Source: a bacterium
GTDB lineage: Bacteria; Zhuqueibacterota; Zhuqueibacteria; Residuimicrobiales; Krinioviventaceae
DNA: 64,000 bases
Direction: 5' to 3'
NCBI GenBank assembly: GCA_963675755.2
Contig: CAXXMD010000002.1
Span: forward strand, 1,280,001 to 1,344,000
A program made the position numbers and the translations under genes. Under the pieces are notes generated by a model. The model ran no database searches and was not told the origin of the DNA. It was given only the letters and a program-made list of their open reading frames with translations. Shown piece by piece: positions 27,243 through 35,526 of this stretch; position 1 is the stretch's first letter; the number at the start of each line of letters is the position of its first letter.

Positions 27243-29564
27243 TTATTGTTTTATTATCCAGACATCAGATATATGAGACCACTGGCGCCAGTTTTGTTCC
27301 AACTCTTCCGGTTTCCGGTCAAAGGTCAATTTAATCGAACCGTCTTTAACAGCAGATTGTGGAATTGGGAACTCTTTGAATGTTTCCATCTCTTTATTAT
27401 ACAATGTAGCGGTAATACGTTCTCCATCTATACGGGGAAATGCTTCACCCTTGCCCGAAACCCGTAATACATACGATGCATCAGGATCAAGATCGTGGTA
27501 CTCGAGTACAGGTGAATACTGGAACACCTGAGAAGACAAGCGGGCCCGGCTTTTGCCCTCGTTCCACCAGGCAAAATGGGGTGCTACATCCGAACAAAAT
27601 ACGGTATGCTGCGACTGGGCTACACTGCCAATGTTATCATAATAACTGCCGGAAACAGGATTTTCCCATTCTACCAGTACTTTGATGCGGGCCAATTTTT
27701 CCGTCTCTGTAGATAATTTACTAATCTTTTCAAACTCATCCTCAAGCCACCAACGATTATTGAGAGGATAATCGACAAAATCAAGCACACAACCGCGTTC
27801 CGGATTTTTGCCCTGGTATTTGGGCACACTGGTCTGTAAACCAATGGACTGATACAGGTCTTCGCACAGATCAACAATCCGTTTACGTAAATCCGGAGCA
27901 ACACAATGACTGTCCGCCTGTTCCAGCAACGCCAAAGCGGATTTCATAGCGGCACCACTTTCAACATCTTTTACATCAGCAAGAATTAGGTTGGCTTTAT
28001 ATTCAAGATCTTTTTCATAAAATAAACGACGGCGCTGATAAGCATCATAATTGGCTCGCAGCAGGCACAACTGCCAGCGCCAGTTGCCGGCAAGCTGTGG
28101 ATTCTCACGCTCCAGATCCTGCCAGTAAGCAAGCGTTGCCTCTATACCACCATTCTGACGAATGGGGCCCACCCAGTTGCCTTCAAGAGCAATAATTCCA
28201 AATGCGACTTTTTCAGCAACCTGATCACTGAAAAACAACCGGCAATAATCTGTAACAATTTTTTGTACATCCTGGTCCGGGTCCCAGGCAAGTTGAGACC
28301 AAAGGGCCTTGTTCACATCATCATGCACACCATCAGAATAGGCCAGAAATCCGTCTGTAAAAGGAGCAGTCTGTTGAAATATTTTAGCGTAATAATAGGG
28401 TTGGGGATTCGATGCTTCCCGCCCCAGCGTAAGGGCAAAAGCCTGGTCCCACCATTCTACTGGATATTGACAGGTCATGTTGTGGGTAATATCAGGATAA
28501 TGACGATGTTTGTATTGCTTTGGCAAACGGTAACGGGTCTCTGACATGGACGGGCTGCCTGGACCAGAAACGACGCCTTCTAACCAGTCCGGTTTTTCAC
28601 GTTCCAGATAATCAAAAAAATAATCAACTTTTTCAGCATTGAACCCCTGTAAAGAGATCCACACTCCGGCAGTTGGGTGAGAATTCTTTAAAAGTTTTGT
28701 CAGTTCCTTCAGATACGGCATAACATCTTTTGGGTGATTATGACCGGGATCACCGCCAGGAAAGAATACATTATCCAATCTTGGACAGGTTTTAAAAAAC
28801 TGTTCATGTTCGTTAAGGGCTGCGGTTCGATTTTCTGTATCAGTCAAATCAAACTGTGCCGGCATCCAGCACCAGTAATCCATATCATATTTAATGCAAA
28901 TCTCGCTGATCTTTTTATTCATCTCTTCACGGGGCAGTTTGAAATGCGGACTGGGACTATCCTGCATGGGGATATTTTCAATACAATTGGCACCAAACAG
29001 CGCCAGCTCTCGGATGTACTGATCAAACTGCTGAGGTGTCCACGCATCCCACGAGTTTGCAGTATTACGGTACCCCAACTGGTGACCACGGATTTGATAT
29101 TGTGGGCCGGAATACACGTCTAATTCATCAGGAATTGTGATGGAACCTTTTTGCAAATCCATTAAAATTAAAAGTCGACCAACACCATACAATGTACCGC
29201 GACGATGTGTTCCCAAAATCCACAACTGGGGCTGGTTATTTTCATGGGTCAAAGAAAGATAAAATGCATCCTGCTCATAAAAAGGCCTGTTTAGGGATTC
29301 AGGGATCTTTTTAACATATTTTTTATTGCTACTTTTATAGATTGCTATTACCGGTTTATCTGATGGCCAGGAGTTAACCACGGCGAGCTTAATTCCGGTA
29401 CGTTTTTCAATCTCTTCCGAAAGGACCTCTGCCGAGACCTGCACAATATTTTCCGAATCATTGCTGATAACAATAACCGCATCATTCAGGTTGATTTCAC
29501 CGGCAAACGCAGAAACCTGAAAAACCCATACTGTAAAAAACAGGATGAAAATATTTTTTTTCAT
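27243..29564 (-). CDS. Hypothetical secreted protein with GH20b/GH67N-like N-domain and putative TIM-barrel (candidate novel GH)
   Basis: Signal peptide, LSEEIEKRTG, ILGTHRRGTLYGVGRLL, IRGHQLGYR, FFPGGDPG, YSDGVHDDVNK..W..LAWDP. Confidence 0.62.
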   Translation of the reverse strand: MKKNIFILFFTVWVFQVSAFAGEINLNDAVIVISNDSENIVQVSAEVLSEEIEKRTGIKLAVVNSWPSDKPVIAIYKSSNKKYVKKIPESLNRPFYEQDAFYLSLTHENNQPQLWILGTHRRGTLYGVGRLLILMDLQKGSITIPDELDVYSGPQYQIRGHQLGYRNTANSWDAWTPQQFDQYIRELALFGANCIENIPMQDSPSPHFKLPREEMNKKISEICIKYDMDYWCWMPAQFDLTDTENRTAALNEHEQFFKTCPRLDNVFFPGGDPGHNHPKDVMPYLKELTKLLKNSHPTAGVWISLQGFNAEKVDYFFDYLEREKPDWLEGVVSGPGSPSMSETRYRLPKQYKHRHYPDITHNMTCQYPVEWWDQAFALTLGREASNPQPYYYAKIFQQTAPFTDGFLAYSDGVHDDVNKALWSQLAWDPDQDVQKIVTDYCRLFFSDQVAEKVAFGIIALEGNWVGPIRQNGGIEATLAYWQDLERENPQLAGNWRWQLCLLRANYDAYQRRRLFYEKDLEYKANLILADVKDVESGAAMKSALALLEQADSHCVAPDLRKRIVDLCEDLYQSIGLQTSVPKYQGKNPERGCVLDFVDYPLNNRWWLEDEFEKISKLSTETEKLARIKVLVEWENPVSGSYYDNIGSVAQSQHTVFCSDVAPHFAWWNEGKSRARLSSQVFQYSPVLEYHDLDPDASYVLRVSGKGEAFPRIDGERITATLYNKEMETFKEFPIPQSAVKDGSIKLTFDRKPEELEQNWRQWSHISDVWIIKQ

Positions 29565-29573
29565 GCTTGTTTC

Positions 29574-30401
29574 CTAATGAACCTTGTGAACAATGGGAAT
29601 GCCAATTTGTGGCAATATATATTGGATTTTATCTTTGGAAGCAAGAACGAAATCATTGATATCTACAGTATTTATGGTAAACATGTTGTAATGCATTGGA
29701 ATACTGACTTTTGCGTTTATTGCAATAGCAAAATCTATTGCTTCTTCAATTGAAAAATTAGGTTCCAGATTATATTGCGATGGTTTTTGACCATTAATTG
29801 GCAAAAAAGCCAGATCAATATCAAAGGGTTTGATATAGTCCAATTGTTCAACATAGGGTACAGTATCACCGGCAAAAAACAGAGTTATCTTGCCCAGGCG
29901 TACAATAAAGCTGAGATACGGATATCCATATTCATGGCTGTAATCCAGATCAGAATGAGCTGCGGGTATAGCATAAACACTGATTTTTTTAAATACTTTG
30001 GAATCCAATCCTCTCAACAGTCCGAGTTGTTTTGGATCGACATAAAAAGCTTCCAATCGATTTCTGGCTGCTTCGGGAGCAATGAAAACCGCATCAGGAT
30101 TACGCTGGGCAATGATTGGTATAGTAAAAGGATCAATATGGTCTACATGATCATGACTGCACAAAACATAATCAATACCCTGAACATCCTGGGGGCTAAT
30201 AGGAATGGCGCTCATACGAACATGTTGATTAGGAGTACCGGCGGTCCATTGTTCAGCAAAATCAGATAAATATGGATCAAACAATAAACTCAAAGATTGA
30301 TAACGGATTAAAAAACCATTTTGTCCCAGCCATACAAACGCAATTTCTTTCTCAGAGAATTCAAGATTGTCCAACTGTTGTAGAATAATATGCTTTGTCA
30401 T
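29574..30401 (-). CDS. Metallo-beta-lactamase-fold hydrolase (UlaG-like, candidate lactonase)
   Basis: WLGQNGF, FDPYLS, SHDHVDH, PAAH, FAGDT, FLPING, IPMHY. Confidence 0.85.
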   Translation of the reverse strand: MTKHIILQQLDNLEFSEKEIAFVWLGQNGFLIRYQSLSLLFDPYLSDFAEQWTAGTPNQHVRMSAIPISPQDVQGIDYVLCSHDHVDHIDPFTIPIIAQRNPDAVFIAPEAARNRLEAFYVDPKQLGLLRGLDSKVFKKISVYAIPAAHSDLDYSHEYGYPYLSFIVRLGKITLFFAGDTVPYVEQLDYIKPFDIDLAFLPINGQKPSQYNLEPNFSIEEAIDFAIAINAKVSIPMHYNMFTINTVDINDFVLASKDKIQYILPQIGIPIVHKVH

Positions 30402-31201
30402 GCCATCTCCTGATTTACTGAAAACAGTTGTTTTTGTGCGGATTCATTTATGTGACCAATATTTTCCCAGTTTAAACCCAGCAGTTCTGCTGCCATTCGA
30501 TCTATAGCAATGGGATCTGTTCCTGCAATCAATTGATTTACATGCGGATTACATTCCCGTCCACCCAAATGAAAATCAGCAAGTCCTATACTGGCATCCA
30601 TCAATGTCATGTCCGGTGCGCGATAGCAATTGAGATCAACAATTGCCTGATGCATCATATTGTGGAATACCGCTTTTTTCCAGGAACCAAACCTGCCCGA
30701 ATAATATTTTGGGGGTGCAATACCCATCATATTTTTGAGGGTCCCTGTTATTTGCGCCAGCGAATGTGCCTTTAACACCGGCACGGATATCAGATAATGA
30801 GAAAAAACAATTTCAGGTAAATACATTTCAGGAAAGACATTACATTCGGATTTTGTCATTTTTACGAGAGGTGCATGATTCAAATCAACCAATTTCACAT
30901 TATATTCTGACGCAATCTGTTCATAACCCAAAATCCGGAACACCTCGTCCGTTTCCATACTCATGTCTCCGCAACCTTCGGCAATGACAATCTCTGCATT
31001 CGAGCATCCCTGTATATACTCTACAATAGCGGCACTATTAGCCGGAGCGGTTGTAATGGGATGTTCAGACGCCATAATCAGATTGGGCTTTATGAGAATG
31101 TGGGTCTGTTCAGCAAATATTTCTGCTGCACCTATCTTGTTAAATACTTCAAAAACGGATGTCTTGTAAGATTTAAAATCAACAACTGCTGTACTACTCA
31201 T
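30398..31201 (-). CDS. DUF362 domain (putative Fe-S) protein
   Basis: LIKPNL, IAEGCG, PVLKAH, TLKNMMG, DPIAIDR. Start ATG 31201 after GAGG. Overlaps the MBL gene start by 4 nt. Confidence 0.85.
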   Translation of the reverse strand: MSSTAVVDFKSYKTSVFEVFNKIGAAEIFAEQTHILIKPNLIMASEHPITTAPANSAAIVEYIQGCSNAEIVIAEGCGDMSMETDEVFRILGYEQIASEYNVKLVDLNHAPLVKMTKSECNVFPEMYLPEIVFSHYLISVPVLKAHSLAQITGTLKNMMGIAPPKYYSGRFGSWKKAVFHNMMHQAIVDLNCYRAPDMTLMDASIGLADFHLGGRECNPHVNQLIAGTDPIAIDRMAAELLGLNWENIGHINESAQKQLFSVNQEMA

Positions 31202-31218
31202 ATACTTCCTACCTCTTT

Positions 31219-31983
31219 TTATAAATCCGGACGACTTGCGCAAAATCCCAAAGTAAGACCACCATCAACAGTAAAAGAAGAACCTGTGATATAGTTTGCT
31301 TCTTCTGATGCTAAAAACAACACCATATTAGCTATTTCTCGTTTAGAGCCTACACGGCCGGCAGGCACGGCTGTTAAAAATTGTTTCTGCCTGTCCGGGT
31401 CGGTTAAACGTGTTGCAATAGCTCCCGGTGCAACCTGGTTAACCTGAATATTATATTCTGCCAATTCGAGCGCCATATTTTTGGTTAGCATAACCAAACC
31501 ACCCTTTGCAGAACTGTAATGCGCAAAATTACGTTTGGTCTGGTATTCATGAACAGAACCTATATTGATTATCTTGCCACCGCCCTGTTCCTTCATCATT
31601 CTTGCTGCAAGCTGACCGCATAAAAATGGCGCCTTTAAATTTACCGCCATAATCCTGTCCCAATCCTCCTCCGGCATATCAATGAAAGGAACGCTGTTCT
31701 GCGTTGCTGCGTTATTTACCAACACATCAAGACGTCCGAAATGGGATTTAATTTTTTTAAACAATTTGCGAATTGCTTCAGGATCTTGCAGATCGCAAAC
31801 CAGGCTGATGGATTCCCGACTGTGGGGAATGACCTGTTCCAATGCGGATGTGATTTCGGTATTATAATCAGGACCATGTACAATCACCTTTGCACCTTCA
31901 CGGGCAAAACAAACAGCGGTCTCTTTACCGATACCCGTCACCGAACCGGTTACAAGAACAATTTTATCCTCAAATCTTTTCAT
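31219..31983 (-). CDS. SDR family oxidoreductase
   Basis: VTGSVTGIG, VLVNNAA, INIGSVH, YSSAK, VNQVAPG, VDGG. Confidence 0.92.
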   Translation of the reverse strand: MKRFEDKIVLVTGSVTGIGKETAVCFAREGAKVIVHGPDYNTEITSALEQVIPHSRESISLVCDLQDPEAIRKLFKKIKSHFGRLDVLVNNAATQNSVPFIDMPEEDWDRIMAVNLKAPFLCGQLAARMMKEQGGGKIINIGSVHEYQTKRNFAHYSSAKGGLVMLTKNMALELAEYNIQVNQVAPGAIATRLTDPDRQKQFLTAVPAGRVGSKREIANMVLFLASEEANYITGSSFTVDGGLTLGFCASRPDL

Positions 31984-31989
31984 GTTTCC

Positions 31990-33069
31990 TCAATCCGTTT
32001 TCCACGGTTCAAAAACAACTTTGAATGCAGCTTTGGGTTGTTGTAATAACAATTCAAACGCGTGTTCAAATTCCGCCAGCGGAAATGTATGGGTAATCCA
32101 TTTACTTACATCCAGTTTACCGCTATTAAGTAATTGATAAGCTCTGACAAGATCAGAGTAAAAAGCATTGGAGGATGTGGTCAACGTACGTTCAGAACCG
32201 AGTGCCATGGCATTCATATTTACCGGAGTATCATGCACTGCCAGGTTGACCCAGGTGCCTCCTTCTTCAAGCAAAGGTAAAAGGGATTGTATCATTTCAC
32301 CGGAACCAACGGAATCAAAAACCGCGGTAAATTTTATATTTTTCTCAAGCAGATATTCGTCTAGATCAACCTTTGCAGGATCAATCACCTTAAACTGTGG
32401 ATAATTTGCCAAAACGTTTTGCGCAATAGGTGATGGATCAGATATGTAAACGGAAACATTCTTGTACGTTTCAACAACCTGTGCAATTCCGATTCCTGCT
32501 GGGCCGCCTCCAATGCACAATACATTCGCTCCGTCATAGACTTTAGCTCTTTCGGAAACATGTACTGCAACGCATAATATATCCGCCATGGCTGCTGATG
32601 CAAAATCCAGGTTATCGTCAAGTGGATGTAACAGATCCGCCCAACCCAGACAATACTCGGCATAGGCACCGGGATAATAGTCCATATCTCCCCAACCCTG
32701 TGCATGACCAATATGTATCATATTCCTGCATAAATTCTCACGACCGGTTGTACAAAATGCGCAAGTACCACAAACCCGATAAGATTGGACACCTACTCGT
32801 TTTCCAATCCAATGCTCATGTTCAGAGGAATTCACAGCCTCGACAATACCCGAAAATTCATGTCCCATAACCATGTTGGCAGGATTGTCCACATGTTTAC
32901 CCAGGGTATGCAGTGCCCAGGGATTCTCTCCCGCCCAGTAACGCAAATCACTTCCACAGATACCACACGCTTCCACCCGGATCAAAACATGGTTCTTTTC
33001 TGTCATAACCGGTTTGGGGATATCCAATAGTTGGAGTGTTTTAGGTTTCGTCAATACAACTGCTTGCAT
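31990..33069 (-). CDS. Zinc-dependent medium-chain (sugar/polyol) dehydrogenase
   Basis: GICGSD, GHEFSG, CGTCAFC...NLC, GGGPAG, ITHTFPL. Start ATG 33069. Confidence 0.9.
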   Translation of the reverse strand: MQAVVLTKPKTLQLLDIPKPVMTEKNHVLIRVEACGICGSDLRYWAGENPWALHTLGKHVDNPANMVMGHEFSGIVEAVNSSEHEHWIGKRVGVQSYRVCGTCAFCTTGRENLCRNMIHIGHAQGWGDMDYYPGAYAEYCLGWADLLHPLDDNLDFASAAMADILCVAVHVSERAKVYDGANVLCIGGGPAGIGIAQVVETYKNVSVYISDPSPIAQNVLANYPQFKVIDPAKVDLDEYLLEKNIKFTAVFDSVGSGEMIQSLLPLLEEGGTWVNLAVHDTPVNMNAMALGSERTLTTSSNAFYSDLVRAYQLLNSGKLDVSKWITHTFPLAEFEHAFELLLQQPKAAFKVVFEPWKTD

Positions 33070-33077
33070 ATTATCCT

Positions 33078-35516
33078 TTATTCTGTTACAGCGGCATCTA
33101 TAAAGCCATGATAACGTCCCATCCAATAGGCCAACAACCAGGATGCTCCATCATCTTCATTCTTACCGTTTCCGCCGCTATCGGGGTAATAGGGATTTTT
33201 GTTCCATTTATTAAAATTCGTTTCATCCGCAGGGAGAACAGTAATCAATTGGGGCTTGTCAAACCGGTCTTTACGGGGATTAAAAATCACATCGGTCCGG
33301 TTACTGTTGACCATTTTCCATTGACGCCTGTCCGTAGGAATTTGTCTCAAATTCGTAACCGCACTTTTAATATCAACAAAATCAGGATCAATGGTAGCAG
33401 CAGCAAAATAGAAAAAAGCAGAACCATCGGTCCACAAGGTTTTATAATGTCTTCGCACGGCACGTTGTAACGCATTTCTCGCCTTTTCACCTTGCTCCAA
33501 CTGAAGGATGGGGTACAGTGCGCAAAATCCCAATTGATTGTCTGAATGATTATTTTCATCCGGAAAGACTTTTTTCTCCAAAAGCACATTACCCAGATAA
33601 CCATGTTCTGTTATCAACTTGTCATAATGTTCCTTGTATTTGAGATCACCGGTAATATAATAGGTTACTTTGAGAAACGACAAAATCTGTGCGGCATTTA
33701 ATCCGTTTTCAATATAATGTTCCGGATCATCATTCAGGTTTTCCGGATTCCAGAATCCCCATCGGGTACGCTCACCATCCCAGTCAATCAACTGGTAATT
33801 ATGATCTACGATATAATCCATGACAGTACGAATCTGTTCTATAATCAATTCCCGTTCTTCAGGAATAAACTGTGCAATATGTTCCCAATAGGCATAAAAG
33901 GCAAAGAAATGACCATCAATTTCATCACTTGATGTATCACTTTTCCAGATCATTTTACCATCTGGTGTTACCCGCCATTGCGGGCTCTTGTTTTTCTTTT
34001 CAGAAACAGGTAACACGCTGCGAGCAACCAAACCGGGAATGCCGGATGCATTTTGCAGCATGATCATAGAATGCATACTCTGTTTCGCAGATTCAAGATA
34101 ATCAGTCCTGTCAGTTACTGCATATGCCATAGACATGGCAACAACATGATAAGATGTCCATAAACCATCATTATCATTGTCAATTATCACATGCCTGGTG
34201 GGATTCTCTGCATCATCAAATGTACAAGCGGCTACCAGTCCCAGGCGGCGATGGTATTGGTTCAATCGTTTTTCAATAATCTCTGCTTTTTGTTCCAATG
34301 TACGTTCAACAGCACCCAGTTTGCTGATCCCTTTGGTGGTTTTAAAATAAACCGGCATACCACCGTGTGAAATAACAATATCCTGAACAATATCATCTAT
34401 TAAATAATGCTTGCCGGCACGATAATACCACTGACGACCGGAAACATAGGGTTTGTAAAGAATAGCGCCTTCTGAGGTTCCGATCCAGATTCGGTCACTA
34501 TCATCTATAGCCAGACAATTTACAGATTCAACCGGCAGCTCCTGTTTACCACGGATAATCGACCAGGTACCATTACCATCAGCATCCAGCCGACCAAGAC
34601 CAACATGGGTGCCAACCCACAATGTTCCTCTAGAGTCAAATGCAAGATCTGATATAAAAGAAGCCGGAGGACCGTCAATACCATAACTGTTATGGCGGAC
34701 TGCCGTTTCAGTACCGGCTTTTGCTTTATACAATCCCAGCGTGGTTCCGATCCAGGTTACATTCCCGTTTTGCGCAATAGATGTAATCTGTTTCAGGTTC
34801 ACAGGCAGATCAAAAGTAAACTGACCAACATCCTGCTTTTGTGAAAACAGTTTTTCTACCTGCTTCAACTCTTCTTTGTCCGGGGATTGTCGAACATGTT
34901 CAACAAAAAGAGTATCCTGGACAGGAATATATTCAGTAGCATGTGTCATCAGCTCCAGATCATCATCATAATCCAGAGCGGGTACCAAATTGGGTAATTT
35001 ATAGTCACCATCAATCTCAAAGGGCTGATGAATCCACGCCTCATTGACAATAACGTGTTTCAGTCCTTTATCTGTGTTATAAATCAGGTTTATCTTTTTA
35101 TCTACAGTTTGCAACAGTGAAAAGAACGCATTACAACCATCCGGTTCCAATACACGATATAGCGGCCAGGATTTGCCGCCATTGGGTGATAACCACAAAC
35201 ACAACTGGTTCTCTCCGGTATAACTCCCGGGATTTATAGCCATAACAACATTACCGGATTCCAGCTTGATTATATCCCTTGCAGCATCTGCTATCACTTT
35301 ACGCTGCAATACTGCATATTCATCATAATCCGGAGATTTTTCCACTGTACCCAGATCAATCTTGACCAGAGATCCGTCAGACATTTCAACCAGAACAGGG
35401 GTTTGGTCCTGATTCACATTAACCATATTGACTTTATAATACGGCTGCGCCAGTGAAACCAGCGCACCCGTAATTGACATATAAAATACCAAATAAAAAC
35501 GAACTAGCCTGTACAT
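33078..35516 (-). CDS. Hypothetical secreted multidomain protein: partial BNR blade set, Reg_prop-type beta-propeller and helical domain
   Basis: SPNGGKSW Asp-box near the N-terminus, WIGT..GL/LWVGT..GL repeats, and a C-terminal helical domain with DNDGLWTS, SDTSSDE, YWMGRYHGFI. Confidence 0.62.
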   Translation of the reverse strand: MYRLVRFYLVFYMSITGALVSLAQPYYKVNMVNVNQDQTPVLVEMSDGSLVKIDLGTVEKSPDYDEYAVLQRKVIADAARDIIKLESGNVVMAINPGSYTGENQLCLWLSPNGGKSWPLYRVLEPDGCNAFFSLLQTVDKKINLIYNTDKGLKHVIVNEAWIHQPFEIDGDYKLPNLVPALDYDDDLELMTHATEYIPVQDTLFVEHVRQSPDKEELKQVEKLFSQKQDVGQFTFDLPVNLKQITSIAQNGNVTWIGTTLGLYKAKAGTETAVRHNSYGIDGPPASFISDLAFDSRGTLWVGTHVGLGRLDADGNGTWSIIRGKQELPVESVNCLAIDDSDRIWIGTSEGAILYKPYVSGRQWYYRAGKHYLIDDIVQDIVISHGGMPVYFKTTKGISKLGAVERTLEQKAEIIEKRLNQYHRRLGLVAACTFDDAENPTRHVIIDNDNDGLWTSYHVVAMSMAYAVTDRTDYLESAKQSMHSMIMLQNASGIPGLVARSVLPVSEKKNKSPQWRVTPDGKMIWKSDTSSDEIDGHFFAFYAYWEHIAQFIPEERELIIEQIRTVMDYIVDHNYQLIDWDGERTRWGFWNPENLNDDPEHYIENGLNAAQILSFLKVTYYITGDLKYKEHYDKLITEHGYLGNVLLEKKVFPDENNHSDNQLGFCALYPILQLEQGEKARNALQRAVRRHYKTLWTDGSAFFYFAAATIDPDFVDIKSAVTNLRQIPTDRRQWKMVNSNRTDVIFNPRKDRFDKPQLITVLPADETNFNKWNKNPYYPDSGGNGKNEDDGASWLLAYWMGRYHGFIDAAVTE

Positions 35517-35526
35517 CTAACTACCA

